Shown: piece by piece, positions 40,033 through 49,497 of the stretch
How the letters are laid out: each line of letters starts with the position of its first letter
Position numbering within the stretch: position 1 is the stretch's first letter
Origin: an uncultured delta proteobacterium
Lineage (GTDB): Bacteria; Myxococcota_A; Polyangia; Polyangiales; Polyangiaceae
Reading direction: 5' to 3'
NCBI GenBank assembly: GCA_963850305.1
Contig: CAWKKR010000007.1
Coordinates: forward strand, 352,001 to 416,000
Length of the DNA: 64,000 nt
Made by a program: the position numbers and the translations under genes
Notes under the pieces: model-generated
The model's input: only the letters and a program-made list of their open reading frames with translations
Databases searched by the model: none
What the model was told of the DNA's origin: nothing

Positions 40033-41321
40033 CGCTTGCTCTTCGCTCGGGCGACGCCGGGCCCGGCCGCGCGTCGCCGCCCGCCCGCCCTTTTCGATAC
40101 TCGCGTGCTGGCGAGCCGACTCACCAGCCAATCGAGCACGCGCTCGGCAACCTCTCGCTTCGACATTGCATCGAGTGCCTCCGCCTTCTCCTTGTCGACG
40201 ATCATCACTCGATTGTCGTCCCGCCCCATCGACTCTGAAGCAGGGTTCGCCACCACGAGATCGACACGCTTCGCCCGGAGCTTGTCCCGCGCAAGCTCGA
40301 CGATCTCCGCATCGTCCCCGGTTTCCAGCGCGAAGCCGATGAGGACGGGCGCCGAACCCCGCCGAGCGGCTCCAATTTCCGAGAGGATGTCGGGATTCTG
40401 AACCAGGTTCAAGGTGAACGCCGCGTTCTGCCGACGCTTGATCTTCGTTGGATGCGCAGTCGCGGGACGGAAGTCGCCAACCGCCGCACACATAAGGAGC
40501 GCGTCGATACCCGCGAGATCTTTTCCGAGTGCTCGTTTTACCTCGGCTCGCATCTCGAGTGCCGAGCGCACGTCGATGCGGTTCACGCGAGCCGGCGTTG
40601 CCAATGTCACGGGACCCGCGACGAGCGTGACGTCCGCGCCCCGCATCGCGGCGCTCTCGGCTAGCGCGAAGCCCATCTTCCCGGACGAACGATTGCTGAC
40701 GAACCGCACCGGGTCGAGATCCTCCACGGTCGGGCCCGCGGTGATGATGAGTTTGCGCTCCGCGAGGTCACCCGGAGAGAGGCGCTTCACGACGCGCGAC
40801 ACCACCTCTTCCGGTTCGAGCATACGACCCGGGCCGATTTCTCCGGACGCCACCTCGCCGTACCCGGGGCCGAGAACCTCGACGCGTCCGTCGGCGATCA
40901 GCGTGGCGACATTGCGAGTCGTGCTCGGGTGCGTCCACATGTTCGGGTGCATTGCCGGCACGACGAGCACGGGGCACCGAGCGCACAGGACCGTGGCGGA
41001 CAGCAGATCGTCGGCGCACCCTGCGGCAAGGTGCGAGAGAGTGTCTGCGGTTGCGGGCACGACGAGGAGGAGGTCGCTCTCCGCGGCGAGCGAAACGTGT
41101 TTCTCTCCGCCTCTGGCGTCGAACATCGTCGTCTGGACCGGTTCGCCCGTGATGCCGGAGAACGTGCTCGCGCCGACGAACTGTTGAGCACTGGCCGTCA
41201 TCATGACCCCGACGCGTGCCCCCTCCTTCAAGAGCAAACGCGCGACGAGCACGGCCTTGTAAGCTGCGATGGAGCCCGTGACGGCGAGGGTGATCCGCCG
41301 CTCCAAGAGCCGCCCGGTCAC
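40029..41321 (-). CDS. coaBC: Phosphopantothenoylcysteine decarboxylase/ligase
   Basis: VTGSIAAYK, PATAD, PAMH..MW, ITAGPT.E.LDPVRFVSNRSSGKMG, AAVGDF, NPDIL, GFALET. Confidence 0.96.
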   Translation of the reverse strand: MTGRLLERRITLAVTGSIAAYKAVLVARLLLKEGARVGVMMTASAQQFVGASTFSGITGEPVQTTMFDARGGEKHVSLAAESDLLLVVPATADTLSHLAAGCADDLLSATVLCARCPVLVVPAMHPNMWTHPSTTRNVATLIADGRVEVLGPGYGEVASGEIGPGRMLEPEEVVSRVVKRLSPGDLAERKLIITAGPTVEDLDPVRFVSNRSSGKMGFALAESAAMRGADVTLVAGPVTLATPARVNRIDVRSALEMRAEVKRALGKDLAGIDALLMCAAVGDFRPATAHPTKIKRRQNAAFTLNLVQNPDILSEIGAARRGSAPVLIGFALETGDDAEIVELARDKLRAKRVDLVVANPASESMGRDDNRVMIVDKEKAEALDAMSKREVAERVLDWLVSRLASTRVSKRAGGRRRAAGPGVARAKSKR

Positions 41322-41968
41322 GACGGCCTCGCCCCACGTCTCGAGACGTAGCGGCTCTCCGGGTCGAAGAATCGCCACGCCTTCCTGGCCCAGGCGCCCG
41401 CGTAGTCGACGCCGATGCGAGGCGCTCGAGCGACCCGGCCGATGCGCGGGCCGTCCGCGAGATAAAGAGCCTCGGGCCGGCAGAGATCAGCGCCATAGTC
41501 CCGGCGCGTGATGTCGAAGGCTATGCAGAGTTTGCCGGGGCCGTTCGTAAGGTTGAGGTCCGCCTCCGCCAGGTTTCGCCGTTGCGCCATGAGCGAAATC
41601 CCCCTCAGCGGTTCGACCGCTCTGATCAGGATCGCGTGCGGCTCCCCGGTCGCGGCAACGACCAGATTGAAATGGGCGTAGAGGCCGTAAATCACGAAAA
41701 CATAGGCGTATCCGGGCGGGCCGAACATGACCTCGGTGCGAGATGTACGTCGTCCGCGCGAACTGTGCGCCGCCAGATCTTCCGGCCCTCGGTACGCCTC
41801 CGCCTCGACGATGCGCCCGACCGTAGTGCCTTGCCCGGTGCTCCGGACCAGTATTTTGCCGATGCAATCCTTCGCGACGCCTAGGACGGGCCGCGCATAG
41901 AACGCCCGGGGGAGCGGCAGCAAACCGCGCCGCGCTGCGGCGGAACCCGACCGCCAGAGCCCTTTCAT
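41318..41968 (-). CDS. mpg: DNA-3-methyladenine glycosylase (MPG/AAG family)
   Basis: GRIVEAEAY.G..D.AAH, MFGPPG.AYVF.IYG, AILIRAVEP, NGPGKLC, RIGV. Confidence 0.92.
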   Translation of the reverse strand: MKGLWRSGSAAARRGLLPLPRAFYARPVLGVAKDCIGKILVRSTGQGTTVGRIVEAEAYRGPEDLAAHSSRGRRTSRTEVMFGPPGYAYVFVIYGLYAHFNLVVAATGEPHAILIRAVEPLRGISLMAQRRNLAEADLNLTNGPGKLCIAFDITRRDYGADLCRPEALYLADGPRIGRVARAPRIGVDYAGAWARKAWRFFDPESRYVSRRGARPS

Positions 41969-42020
41969 GGGTCCTCGATTACCAGAAGTGGCGTCCATCT
42001 GGTAGATTAGCTCTGAACGT

Positions 42021-43676
42021 ATGCCGGAAGAGGCTGCACTTCAGAAGCCGGTGCTCAGGCCGAGAGTAATCGGCCGGTACGCGCTCTTCGGTGAGATCGC
42101 TGCCGGGGGCATGGCGACGGTCCATTTCGGCAGGCTCGTCGGCCCCGTCGGCTTCTCGCGAACCGTCGCGATCAAACGGCTTCATCCCCAATACGCCAAG
42201 GACCCAGAGTTCGTGGCCATGTTCCTGGACGAGGCGCGGCTCGCGTCGCGGATTCAACACCCGAACGTCGTGACGACGCTCGACGTCGTGAACATGCCGA
42301 ACGAGGTGTTCCTCGTGATGGAGTACGTGCAAGGCGAGAGCCTCTCACGCTTGATACGCAACGCGAGGAAGGGCGGCGGGCGGGTTCCGCCGGGGCACGT
42401 CGCGGCCATCATGGCCGGGATGCTGCACGGATTACACGCCGCGCACGAAGCCAAGAGCGAACGACGCGAGCCGCTGAACATCGTTCATCGCGACATATCG
42501 CCCCAGAACGTCCTCGTTGGAACCGACGGTGCAGCCCGGGTGCTCGACTTCGGGGTCGCGAAGGCGGCCATGCGCTCCCAGTCCACTCGCGACGGCCAGA
42601 TGAAAGGCAAGCTCAGCTACATGTCGCCGGAGCAGCTGAACGGCAAGGCCGTCGATCGGCGAACCGACCTGTTCGCGGCCGGCGTCGTGCTCTGGGAGGC
42701 ATTAACGGCGAAGCGGCTATTCGATGGAGCCGACGCCGGCGAAATCTTCGCGAAGCTTCTCGCCGGGGAGATCCTCGAGCCCAAAACCGTGGTGGATGGG
42801 ATCGGGGATGCCCTGAACGCGGTCGTGATGAAGTCGCTCGAGCGAGACCCGGATCTTCGCTACCAGACGGCAAGGGAGTTCGCGATCGATCTCGAATCGG
42901 CCACACAGCTCGCCACTCCGCGCACGGTCGGGGAATGGGTCGAGCAGGTCGCCGGCGAAGATCTCGAGCGACGAGCGCAGCTGGTGGCGGAGATCGAGAG
43001 CATCTCCACCGATCCGGAACATCTCGCCGTACTCGAGGACGAGTTCGTCGAGACGCTGGAGGAGACGGCCATTGAACGACCGAGCGTGTCGAGCGCCATG
43101 CAGCCGGCGTCCGGTTCGCGTCCGCGGATGCCTCCGCCGGGCGGCGCGAGTTCGACGGACCGTGAAGAACGCAGCGCCGCATCCAGTCCCGGCGCCTCGA
43201 CCTCTCAGGTTTCGAATTTGATCGTCCCGAACTTGCTCGCTGCGCCACCACGGTCGAGAGGGTCGAGAGGCGTGATACTCGCTGCGCTCGGGGCATGCCT
43301 CGGCGGCGGTGTGCTGGCATTTCTCGTATTCACCACGTCGCACCCTCGACCGGAGGTCGTCCCGCCGCCGGCTCAGCCCGTCGTGGCGGCAGCTCCGCCC
43401 GCGCCGGTGCCGCAACCGGCCGTATCTGCGCGTGCCACTCCGCCGACCGAGACCGTGGAAGTGAAGGATCTTCCCCCGGCACCGCCCGACGATGAGGCAG
43501 AGGGCAGGCGGTCCGGTCTCGCTCGTCCGGCCCCGCACGAGGTGCCGGCCAGGCGCAGCGAGCCGGCGCATCGAGTCGCGACGAAAGCCGCGACGAAGGC
43601 GCCGGCAAGCAACTGCAATCCGCCTTTCACGATCGATGGAAGCGGCATCAAACACATCAAACCCGAGTGCCTCTGA
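42021..43676 (+). CDS. Membrane Hanks-type Ser/Thr protein kinase
   Basis: GGMATV, VAIK, HPNVV, HRDISPQN, DFGVAK, YMSPEQ; TM segment; Pro-rich tail ending CNPPFTIDGSGIKHIKPECL. Confidence 0.95.
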   Translation: MPEEAALQKPVLRPRVIGRYALFGEIAAGGMATVHFGRLVGPVGFSRTVAIKRLHPQYAKDPEFVAMFLDEARLASRIQHPNVVTTLDVVNMPNEVFLVMEYVQGESLSRLIRNARKGGGRVPPGHVAAIMAGMLHGLHAAHEAKSERREPLNIVHRDISPQNVLVGTDGAARVLDFGVAKAAMRSQSTRDGQMKGKLSYMSPEQLNGKAVDRRTDLFAAGVVLWEALTAKRLFDGADAGEIFAKLLAGEILEPKTVVDGIGDALNAVVMKSLERDPDLRYQTAREFAIDLESATQLATPRTVGEWVEQVAGEDLERRAQLVAEIESISTDPEHLAVLEDEFVETLEETAIERPSVSSAMQPASGSRPRMPPPGGASSTDREERSAASSPGASTSQVSNLIVPNLLAAPPRSRGSRGVILAALGACLGGGVLAFLVFTTSHPRPEVVPPPAQPVVAAAPPAPVPQPAVSARATPPTETVEVKDLPPAPPDDEAEGRRSGLARPAPHEVPARRSEPAHRVATKAATKAPASNCNPPFTIDGSGIKHIKPECL

Positions 43677-43820
43677 GCACCTGGCTTCCCGGGGAGCAAT
43701 GTGTGTGAAGGTGGTCGAGGCCGTCGCGAACGTCCATCGGATCGGACCTTGCGGGGCGTGGTGATGGGTAAAGTCGGATCCGTGATCGACCTGGATGGGC
43801 CTCGGGTTAGACTGGGCGGG

Positions 43821-44738
43821 ATGAGCAAGTTGCGGCTCGGCTTCGCGTTCGCCGGCATCGTTGCGTTGACGCTCGCATCGTCCAGCCGAGCGGGCGCCGA
43901 GCCGGCCAACAAAACGGAGTGCGCGTCGGCATACGAAAAGAGTCAGGAGTTCCGTGCGAGCGGGAAGCTGAAGAGCGCGATGGACCAGCTCCATGTTTGC
44001 GCTCAGGAGACGTGTCCAGCGTTCGTTCAATCCGACTGCGCGCAGTGGTTGACCGAAGTTCAGCGGGATACACCGACGGTCGTTTTCGCCGCAAAGGACC
44101 AGCACGGAGAAGATACCGTCGCCGTTCGAGTGCTCTCCGACGGAGAGGAGATCGCAAAGGAGCTGGAAGGAAGGGCGATCCCGATCGATCCCGGACCGCA
44201 CAAGCTACGCTTCGAGCTGACGGGCGCCGATCCGATCGAGCAGCAGGTCGTTATTCGCCAGGGACAAAAGGACCGCGTCATCGCGGTGAGCTTTGCTCCG
44301 CAGGCGGCGGACATCCCCGTGGAGGATCCTTACGCGGGCTCGAAGTCCGATCAGGGTCAGGATCAAGGCGCAAGTCAGACGAGCACGAAGCCGAGTTCGG
44401 TCCGACTGTATTCGTACGTCGCGGGGGGCGTCGGCGCAGCGGGCCTGCTGACGTTCGCAGTGCTGGGCACGGTCGGGCACGGGGAGAAGAGCAGCCTCGA
44501 GTCGAGCGGATGCAGCCCCAATTGCTCCCAGGACAAGGTCGACTCGATCAAAACCAAGTATCTGCTTGCGGATGTCGGGCTCGGCGTGGGCGTCGCAGGG
44601 CTGGGCGCGGGTGTCGTGCTGTTCCTGCTCTCCCAGCCCAAGCAATCGGCCCCCCCGACGGACCAGGGCACCGGCATCAATTTCGATTTCAAAGCCGCGC
44701 CAGGCGTTGCTTTTGGCACGGCAAGCGGCCGCTTCTAG
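43821..44738 (+). CDS. Secreted Cys-containing helical + PEGA-like protein with C-terminal Gly-rich hydrophobic hairpin
   Basis: Signal peptide; C..AYE..Q..R..GKL..A…CA…CP..V..DC..WL; IPIDPGPH; VAGGVGAAG…GLGVGVAGLGAG; ends SGRF. Confidence 0.75.
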   Translation: MSKLRLGFAFAGIVALTLASSSRAGAEPANKTECASAYEKSQEFRASGKLKSAMDQLHVCAQETCPAFVQSDCAQWLTEVQRDTPTVVFAAKDQHGEDTVAVRVLSDGEEIAKELEGRAIPIDPGPHKLRFELTGADPIEQQVVIRQGQKDRVIAVSFAPQAADIPVEDPYAGSKSDQGQDQGASQTSTKPSSVRLYSYVAGGVGAAGLLTFAVLGTVGHGEKSSLESSGCSPNCSQDKVDSIKTKYLLADVGLGVGVAGLGAGVVLFLLSQPKQSAPPTDQGTGINFDFKAAPGVAFGTASGRF

Positions 44739-44793
44739 CCCTCCTCGGCGAGGAGGCCCTCGACGCGCCGGCCGTGGATGAAGGACGCCAGCG

Positions 44794-46944
44794 TCAGCCA
44801 CCGAGCAGAAGTCGTCCACCCTGATACACGAGGAAGCTTGCAGTCCACGCGAGTACACCGGTGTAGACGAACAAGAAAGCAGGCCAGCGAAGACTCTTCG
44901 TCTCCCGCCGGACCGTCGCGAGGGTGCTCATGCACTGGCACGCGATGGCGAAGAATATCATGAGGGAAAGTCCCATGAGAGGCGTGTACGCCGGACGCCC
45001 GTCGGGTCGCGTCTCGGCGCGCACTCGATCGCGGAGCGATGTGTTGTCGACGGAGCCAACGCCGTAGACGAGTCCCATGGTCGATACGAACACTTCGCGG
45101 GCCGCGAAAGCGCCGACGAGGCCGACACCGATCTTCCAGTCGAATCCGAGGGGCGCGATCGCGGGCTCGATGCCACGGCCGATTCGTCCCGCGTAGCTAT
45201 GCACGATGGTTTGTTCCGCAACCGCCGCCGGCGGCGCGCCCGGGTCCACGTGGGTCGGCTTTGGATAGGAGAGCAGTACCCAGAGGACGACCGTGCACGC
45301 GAGAATCATCGTCCCTGCTTCGGTCAAGAACGAGAGAGCGCGATCCTTCATCAACCCCAGCGTCGTCGTGAGCTTCGGAAATCGGTACGGCGGAAGCTCG
45401 AGGATGAGCGGGACCCTCCGACCCGGTACGACGACTCTTCCGAGAACGGCGGCTGACAAGAGAGCGACCACCGTTGCGAACAGGTACATCCCGATCATCA
45501 ACAACCCCTGAACCGGGATCCAGCCGAAGACGTGTGTCGGTGGGAACAGCGCCGCGATGATGAGGGTATAGACCGGCAGGCGAGCCGAGCACGTCATGAG
45601 AGGAACGACGAGCATCGTCAGTAGCCGATCGCGTTTGCTCTCCATGGTGCGGGTCGCGAGGATTGCCGGTATCGCACAGGCATACCCCGAGAGCATCGGC
45701 ACGAACGCGCGACCGTGCAGGCCGAGAGCGCGCATGACGCGGTCCATGAGGTAAGCGACGCGCGCCATGTAACCCGAGTCCTCGAGCAACCCGATGAACA
45801 GGAACAGTAGGAGAATCTGTGGCAGGAAAGCCACCACGTTTCCAACGCCGCCGAGAATGCCTCGAGCAAGAAAGTCCCTCAAAAAACCCGCTGGGACGTA
45901 CGTGAAAACGAGCGAACTCATCCAAGCGATGATTCGCTCGATGACGTGGATCGCCGGATCTGCCCACGTGAAGAGCGACTGGAAGAGAGTCATCATCACC
46001 GCGAGAAAGATGGCGAAGCCGTAGACTGGATGAATGAGCACCCGGTCGAGCTTCTCGCTCAGATGGTGAATCGGTGCACCGTCGTTGCCCGCGGTGAACA
46101 GAGAGGCGGCGTGTCGGTCCAGGAATGCGTAACGAGCGGCGATGATCTCGTGATCGATATCGCGGTCGCCGGCTGCGGCCCGTACGTCCATCACGCGTTC
46201 TCGAAGCTGCCCGTCGATATCGACGAGTTCGTCGTCATCGCCGATGCTCGTCAGGGCCCAACGGGACAGGGCCCGATCGCGCTCGACCGTCGAACGTATT
46301 TCGGCCGGAAGTCTGTCTGCGACGCGGTCCACGTCGGCTCGGAGAAGGGGCGGGTACGGAACTTCGACCGACCCGCGGGGACGCGTCGCGATGGCGCGTC
46401 TCAGCGCCTCGGCGAGGGACTCCAGGCCCGCTCCAGAGCGCCCATTCGTGGCCACCACGGGAACGCCGAAGAGACGTTCCACCGCAGCGGGAACCGGTGG
46501 ATTTTGACGCGCCTCGTCGATCATGTTCAGCGCCACCACGCACGGAACTTCGAGCTCCGCGAGCTCGAGGACGAGGTAGAGATTTCGGATAAGCTGCCCC
46601 GCGTCGACGACGACCAACGCCAGATCGGGTTTGGGATTTTTCCCCAGACCGAGGATCGCCGAAATGGCGATCTGTTCCTCGGCTGACCGCGCGCTGAGCG
46701 AATACGCTCCAGGGACGTCGATGAGCTCGATGGTCGGTCGTCCATCCAAGTCCTCGAGCACGCCTACCCGGCGCTCCACCGTCACGCCGGGGTAATTCGC
46801 GACACGAGCGCCTTCATGGGTGAGCGCGTTGAAGAGCGACGTCTTCCCGACATTTGGATTTCCGACGACGACGATCCGTCTTTTACGACTTCGCACCCCT
46901 TCGCGCGCTGCGTCGTCCGCGACCCTGGGCGCGGCGACGTTCAC
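44794..46944 (-). CDS. feoB: Ferrous iron transport protein B
   Basis: GNPNVGKT, NYPGVTVE, DVPGAYS, NMID, EDSGYMAR, CSARLPVY, AAREVFVS; GTG start overlaps the feoA stop. Confidence 0.96.
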   Translation of the reverse strand: MNVAAPRVADDAAREGVRSRKRRIVVVGNPNVGKTSLFNALTHEGARVANYPGVTVERRVGVLEDLDGRPTIELIDVPGAYSLSARSAEEQIAISAILGLGKNPKPDLALVVVDAGQLIRNLYLVLELAELEVPCVVALNMIDEARQNPPVPAAVERLFGVPVVATNGRSGAGLESLAEALRRAIATRPRGSVEVPYPPLLRADVDRVADRLPAEIRSTVERDRALSRWALTSIGDDDELVDIDGQLRERVMDVRAAAGDRDIDHEIIAARYAFLDRHAASLFTAGNDGAPIHHLSEKLDRVLIHPVYGFAIFLAVMMTLFQSLFTWADPAIHVIERIIAWMSSLVFTYVPAGFLRDFLARGILGGVGNVVAFLPQILLLFLFIGLLEDSGYMARVAYLMDRVMRALGLHGRAFVPMLSGYACAIPAILATRTMESKRDRLLTMLVVPLMTCSARLPVYTLIIAALFPPTHVFGWIPVQGLLMIGMYLFATVVALLSAAVLGRVVVPGRRVPLILELPPYRFPKLTTTLGLMKDRALSFLTEAGTMILACTVVLWVLLSYPKPTHVDPGAPPAAVAEQTIVHSYAGRIGRGIEPAIAPLGFDWKIGVGLVGAFAAREVFVSTMGLVYGVGSVDNTSLRDRVRAETRPDGRPAYTPLMGLSLMIFFAIACQCMSTLATVRRETKSLRWPAFLFVYTGVLAWTASFLVYQGGRLLLGG

Positions 46945-47243
46945 GACGAGGCCGGCACTCCCGGATGGAGCGAGGCAATCTGCGACTCTCCTTCCGTCAC
47001 GCGCGGGGCGGATTGCTCCGGTGCAACGGAAATGCACCTCGCCTCCGTTCGGCGAATCGAAAGACGGCAGCCCCGCACTCGAAGCTCGATGGGATCGCCC
47101 AGCGGAGCGATTCGACGAACCTCGACGATCGTTCCTGGAAGGAGCCCCAGTTCCATCATTCGCCTGCGAAACACGCGCTCGCCGCCCACCAGCGTCACGG
47201 TTGCCGACGAGCCAATCGAAAGATCGCCGAGAGTCACGGCCAC
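46941..47243 (-). CDS. feoA: Ferrous iron transport protein A
   Basis: RRRMMELGLLPG…APLGDPI…RG..LSIRR.EA. Confidence 0.92.
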   Translation of the reverse strand: MAVTLGDLSIGSSATVTLVGGERVFRRRMMELGLLPGTIVEVRRIAPLGDPIELRVRGCRLSIRRTEARCISVAPEQSAPRVTEGESQIASLHPGVPASS

Positions 47244-47262
47244 GGAAGGTGGCTTAGCTCAA

Positions 47263-47279
47263 TTGAAAACGGTTTTCAA
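47263..47279. promoter_or_regulatory. Fur-like operator upstream of feoAB
   Basis: Perfect 8-1-8 palindrome TTGAAAAC-G-GTTTTCAA, AT-rich, about 20 nt upstream of an iron-uptake operon. Confidence 0.8.
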
Positions 47280-47395
47280 ATTCAATGATGACAAGTCACT
47301 TCTGCGGACCGGTTTCCCGAACCTCGCCTGGCAACTGAAACTACGCGGCTTTCCAGCAAACCGGTCGATCCAGGGTTGGGAGGCAACTACCAGCG

Positions 47396-47411
47396 CGGCA
47401 CGCTTATTGCT
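47396..47411 (+). promoter_or_regulatory. Sigma54 (-24/-12) promoter of the CBS gene
   Basis: CGGCACG-CTTA-TTGCT (GG-N10-GC), about 20 nt before ATG 47431, which has an AGGA RBS. Confidence 0.7.
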
Positions 47412-47430
47412 TGACTAAAGACCAGGAACC

Positions 47431-47949
47431 ATGAAGTCCGAGACCAAATACGTCGTCGACATCATGACTGCAAATCCCGTCGCTGTCGGGCCCGACACCC
47501 TTGCTGGAGCGGCCGAGCGGCTCGCGGAACGACGCTGCATACACGAGCTGCTGGTCGTCGAGGGCTACCGCCTCGCGGGTGTCGTGTGCCGGTGCGATCT
47601 CGAGCGGGCCGGTGTGGCCGGCGTCGTGAAGGACTGGATGCGACGCGATCCCGTCACGATCGAAGACCAGGAAAGCGTCCGTGCCGCGGAGGAACTGATG
47701 CACCGCCGAGGAGTCGGGTGTCTGCCGGTCGTCGACTGGTCGGGAGCGCTGCGCGGAATCGTCACCCGTGGCGACCTGGCCCGCGCCGGGGCGGTGAGCG
47801 TTGCACGCCCGCGCACCTGTCGTTCATGCGGAACGAGACAGCCGCTCGGCACCAGAGAAGGCGCCTCGCTGTGCGCCCGCTGTCTGGACGGCTGCAGTCT
47901 GCCGCGCGTTGCGAACGACACGGGTTACCTGGCTGTCGGCGCGGCCTGA
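47431..47949 (+). CDS. CBS-pair protein with C-terminal CxxC…CxxC zinc ribbon
   Basis: V.DIMT.NPV.V.PD, V.DWM.RDPVT, LPVVD…LRGIVTRGDL; CRSC…CARC. Confidence 0.85.
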   Translation: MKSETKYVVDIMTANPVAVGPDTLAGAAERLAERRCIHELLVVEGYRLAGVVCRCDLERAGVAGVVKDWMRRDPVTIEDQESVRAAEELMHRRGVGCLPVVDWSGALRGIVTRGDLARAGAVSVARPRTCRSCGTRQPLGTREGASLCARCLDGCSLPRVANDTGYLAVGAA

Positions 47950-47954
47950 TACGG

Positions 47955-48599
47955 CTACGGCGCTGGTGAGGGTAGGGCCGCGGGGGATTTCTGGTCGCGC
48001 CCAGGCCGGTCGACGGCAGACGCGTGAGGGGCGCGGTCCGTGTCATCGCGATGCGCGGTTGGCATCTCGCTCAGCGGGGTTTCGGACGCGCGCATCAATC
48101 TTGCCCAGATTCTGGCCCGCTTTCGAGCCCAGGGCATGACGTGGCAGGTTCGCCCCGTTCCGTACGCTCCGAGCAAGCGGGCGATGCCGTGCTCATCCAT
48201 GCGCACGATGCCGCATCGCCGCGCGTGCAGAACGAGAATGTCAGCGGCCTTTCGGAAGCAGCGACGCGTCGCCTCGCGAGACGATCCTGCGAGCGAGCGA
48301 TCACGCGACCAGATCTGGGCAAGGCAAATGGATGCGCCTCCATCGCCGCGGACTCGGCCCTCGTGCACCTCGAGCGCCCAGCGCCGTGATTCGTGCCACG
48401 TCACCGTCAGTAATGCTGCCGCGAGGTCCTCGGGCGTTCCTGGCCAATCTTCCGTCGCGTTCGCCTCCTGGACGGCGACCGTCACGATCATTTCTATCCG
48501 CGCCGCACGTTCGGCGGCGGTCTCCGGTTCGTGTCCTGGCGGATAGTAGGGAGGCGGCAGAAGAAGCGCCGCCGCGAGGAGACGTGCTAGAAAAGTCAT
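47955..48599 (-). CDS. Secreted hypothetical protein with lytic-transglycosylase/lysozyme-like motifs
   Basis: Signal-like N-terminus; LL.VTWHES (candidate catalytic Glu) and GD.G.SICLAQI (GLMQ-like); AYGTG. Confidence 0.55.
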   Translation of the reverse strand: MTFLARLLAAALLLPPPYYPPGHEPETAAERAARIEMIVTVAVQEANATEDWPGTPEDLAAALLTVTWHESRRWALEVHEGRVRGDGGASICLAQIWSRDRSLAGSSREATRRCFRKAADILVLHARRCGIVRMDEHGIARLLGAYGTGRTCHVMPWARKRARIWARLMRASETPLSEMPTAHRDDTDRAPHASAVDRPGRDQKSPAALPSPAP

Positions 48600-49012
48600 G
48601 GTTGTCCTGTGATTGTGTGACAACAACAGTTGCCGTACACCATCGGTGAAGCGATCGAAATCGCGTCTGGCTCACGCATGCAGGCTACCACTTGGAGCAA
48701 AAAGGCCGACATGGCCAGCGGATTTCTCATGTCACTCGAGGGCTGCGGCCTTGGGGGCGTGACAAAACGGCTCGGTCTGTGGAGATGGTGTGTATTTCTA
48801 CACAGTTGGAGAACACACAAGCGTGGGTGACGTGCATGTGTGAAAGAAACGGACAGTTTTCCAGCCGGACCGGCTGCCCGAGGCGCGCCCCCGATCGCGA
48901 CCCAGAACATCGTCGCGCCGCCTGAAGGAATGATGGCCGGGATCTCCGAGGCAAGCGGACCGATTCGTTCTCGATACCGCCACAGCCCGGTCTCGATTAA
49001 GGCGAATCGAAT

Positions 49013-49095
49013 GGCCCCTTGGCGGAATGGCAGACGCAGGGGATTTAAAATCCCTGGCCCGAAAGGGTATCCCGGTTCGAGTCCGGGAGGGGCTA
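49013..49095 (+). tRNA. tRNA-Leu(TAA), CCA not encoded
   Basis: Acceptor GGCCCCT/AGGGGCT; D arm GCGGAATGGCAGACGC; anticodon arm GGGGA-TTTAAAA-TCCCT; long variable arm; T loop TTCGAGT. Confidence 0.95.
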
Positions 49096-49097
49096 CA

Positions 49098-49444
49098 CAG
49101 GGCTGGCACGTTGGGGCGATGGGCTCGAGGAATGGCTGCTCACGATCCTCGAGCTACTCGACGGCAGCCCGACCGCCGACACGTTTCGGCGCGTGCTCCC
49201 GGCGCTCGACCCGAAAGCGTTTCGAGGCGTGCCTTCGGAAGTGGCGCTGGCCCTCTGCCAGAGCGCTGGCAAGGTTCGGCAGCACTGGGGGATCGAGAAC
49301 AGCGTCCACTGGGTGCTCAACGTCCCCTATTCCGAAGATGCGAGCCGAATCCGCCGAGACCGCGGGCCTCGGAACTTCGCGCCGCTGCGCAAGCTCACGA
49401 TGAACATGCGCACGCAGACTAACTGCAGACTAACCCGGACATAG
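49098..49444 (+). mobile_element. Internally deleted ISAs1-family transposase remnant
   Basis: P..DTFRRV…LDPKAF fused directly to VRQHWGIENSVHWVL.V.YSED.SRIR…N.A.LR; CAGGG end-like motif right after the tRNA. Confidence 0.85.
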
Positions 49445-49497
49445 AATGTCCGGACGGAGAGGACGGCCGTAACGGCGGTCCGGGCTAGGATGTCGCC

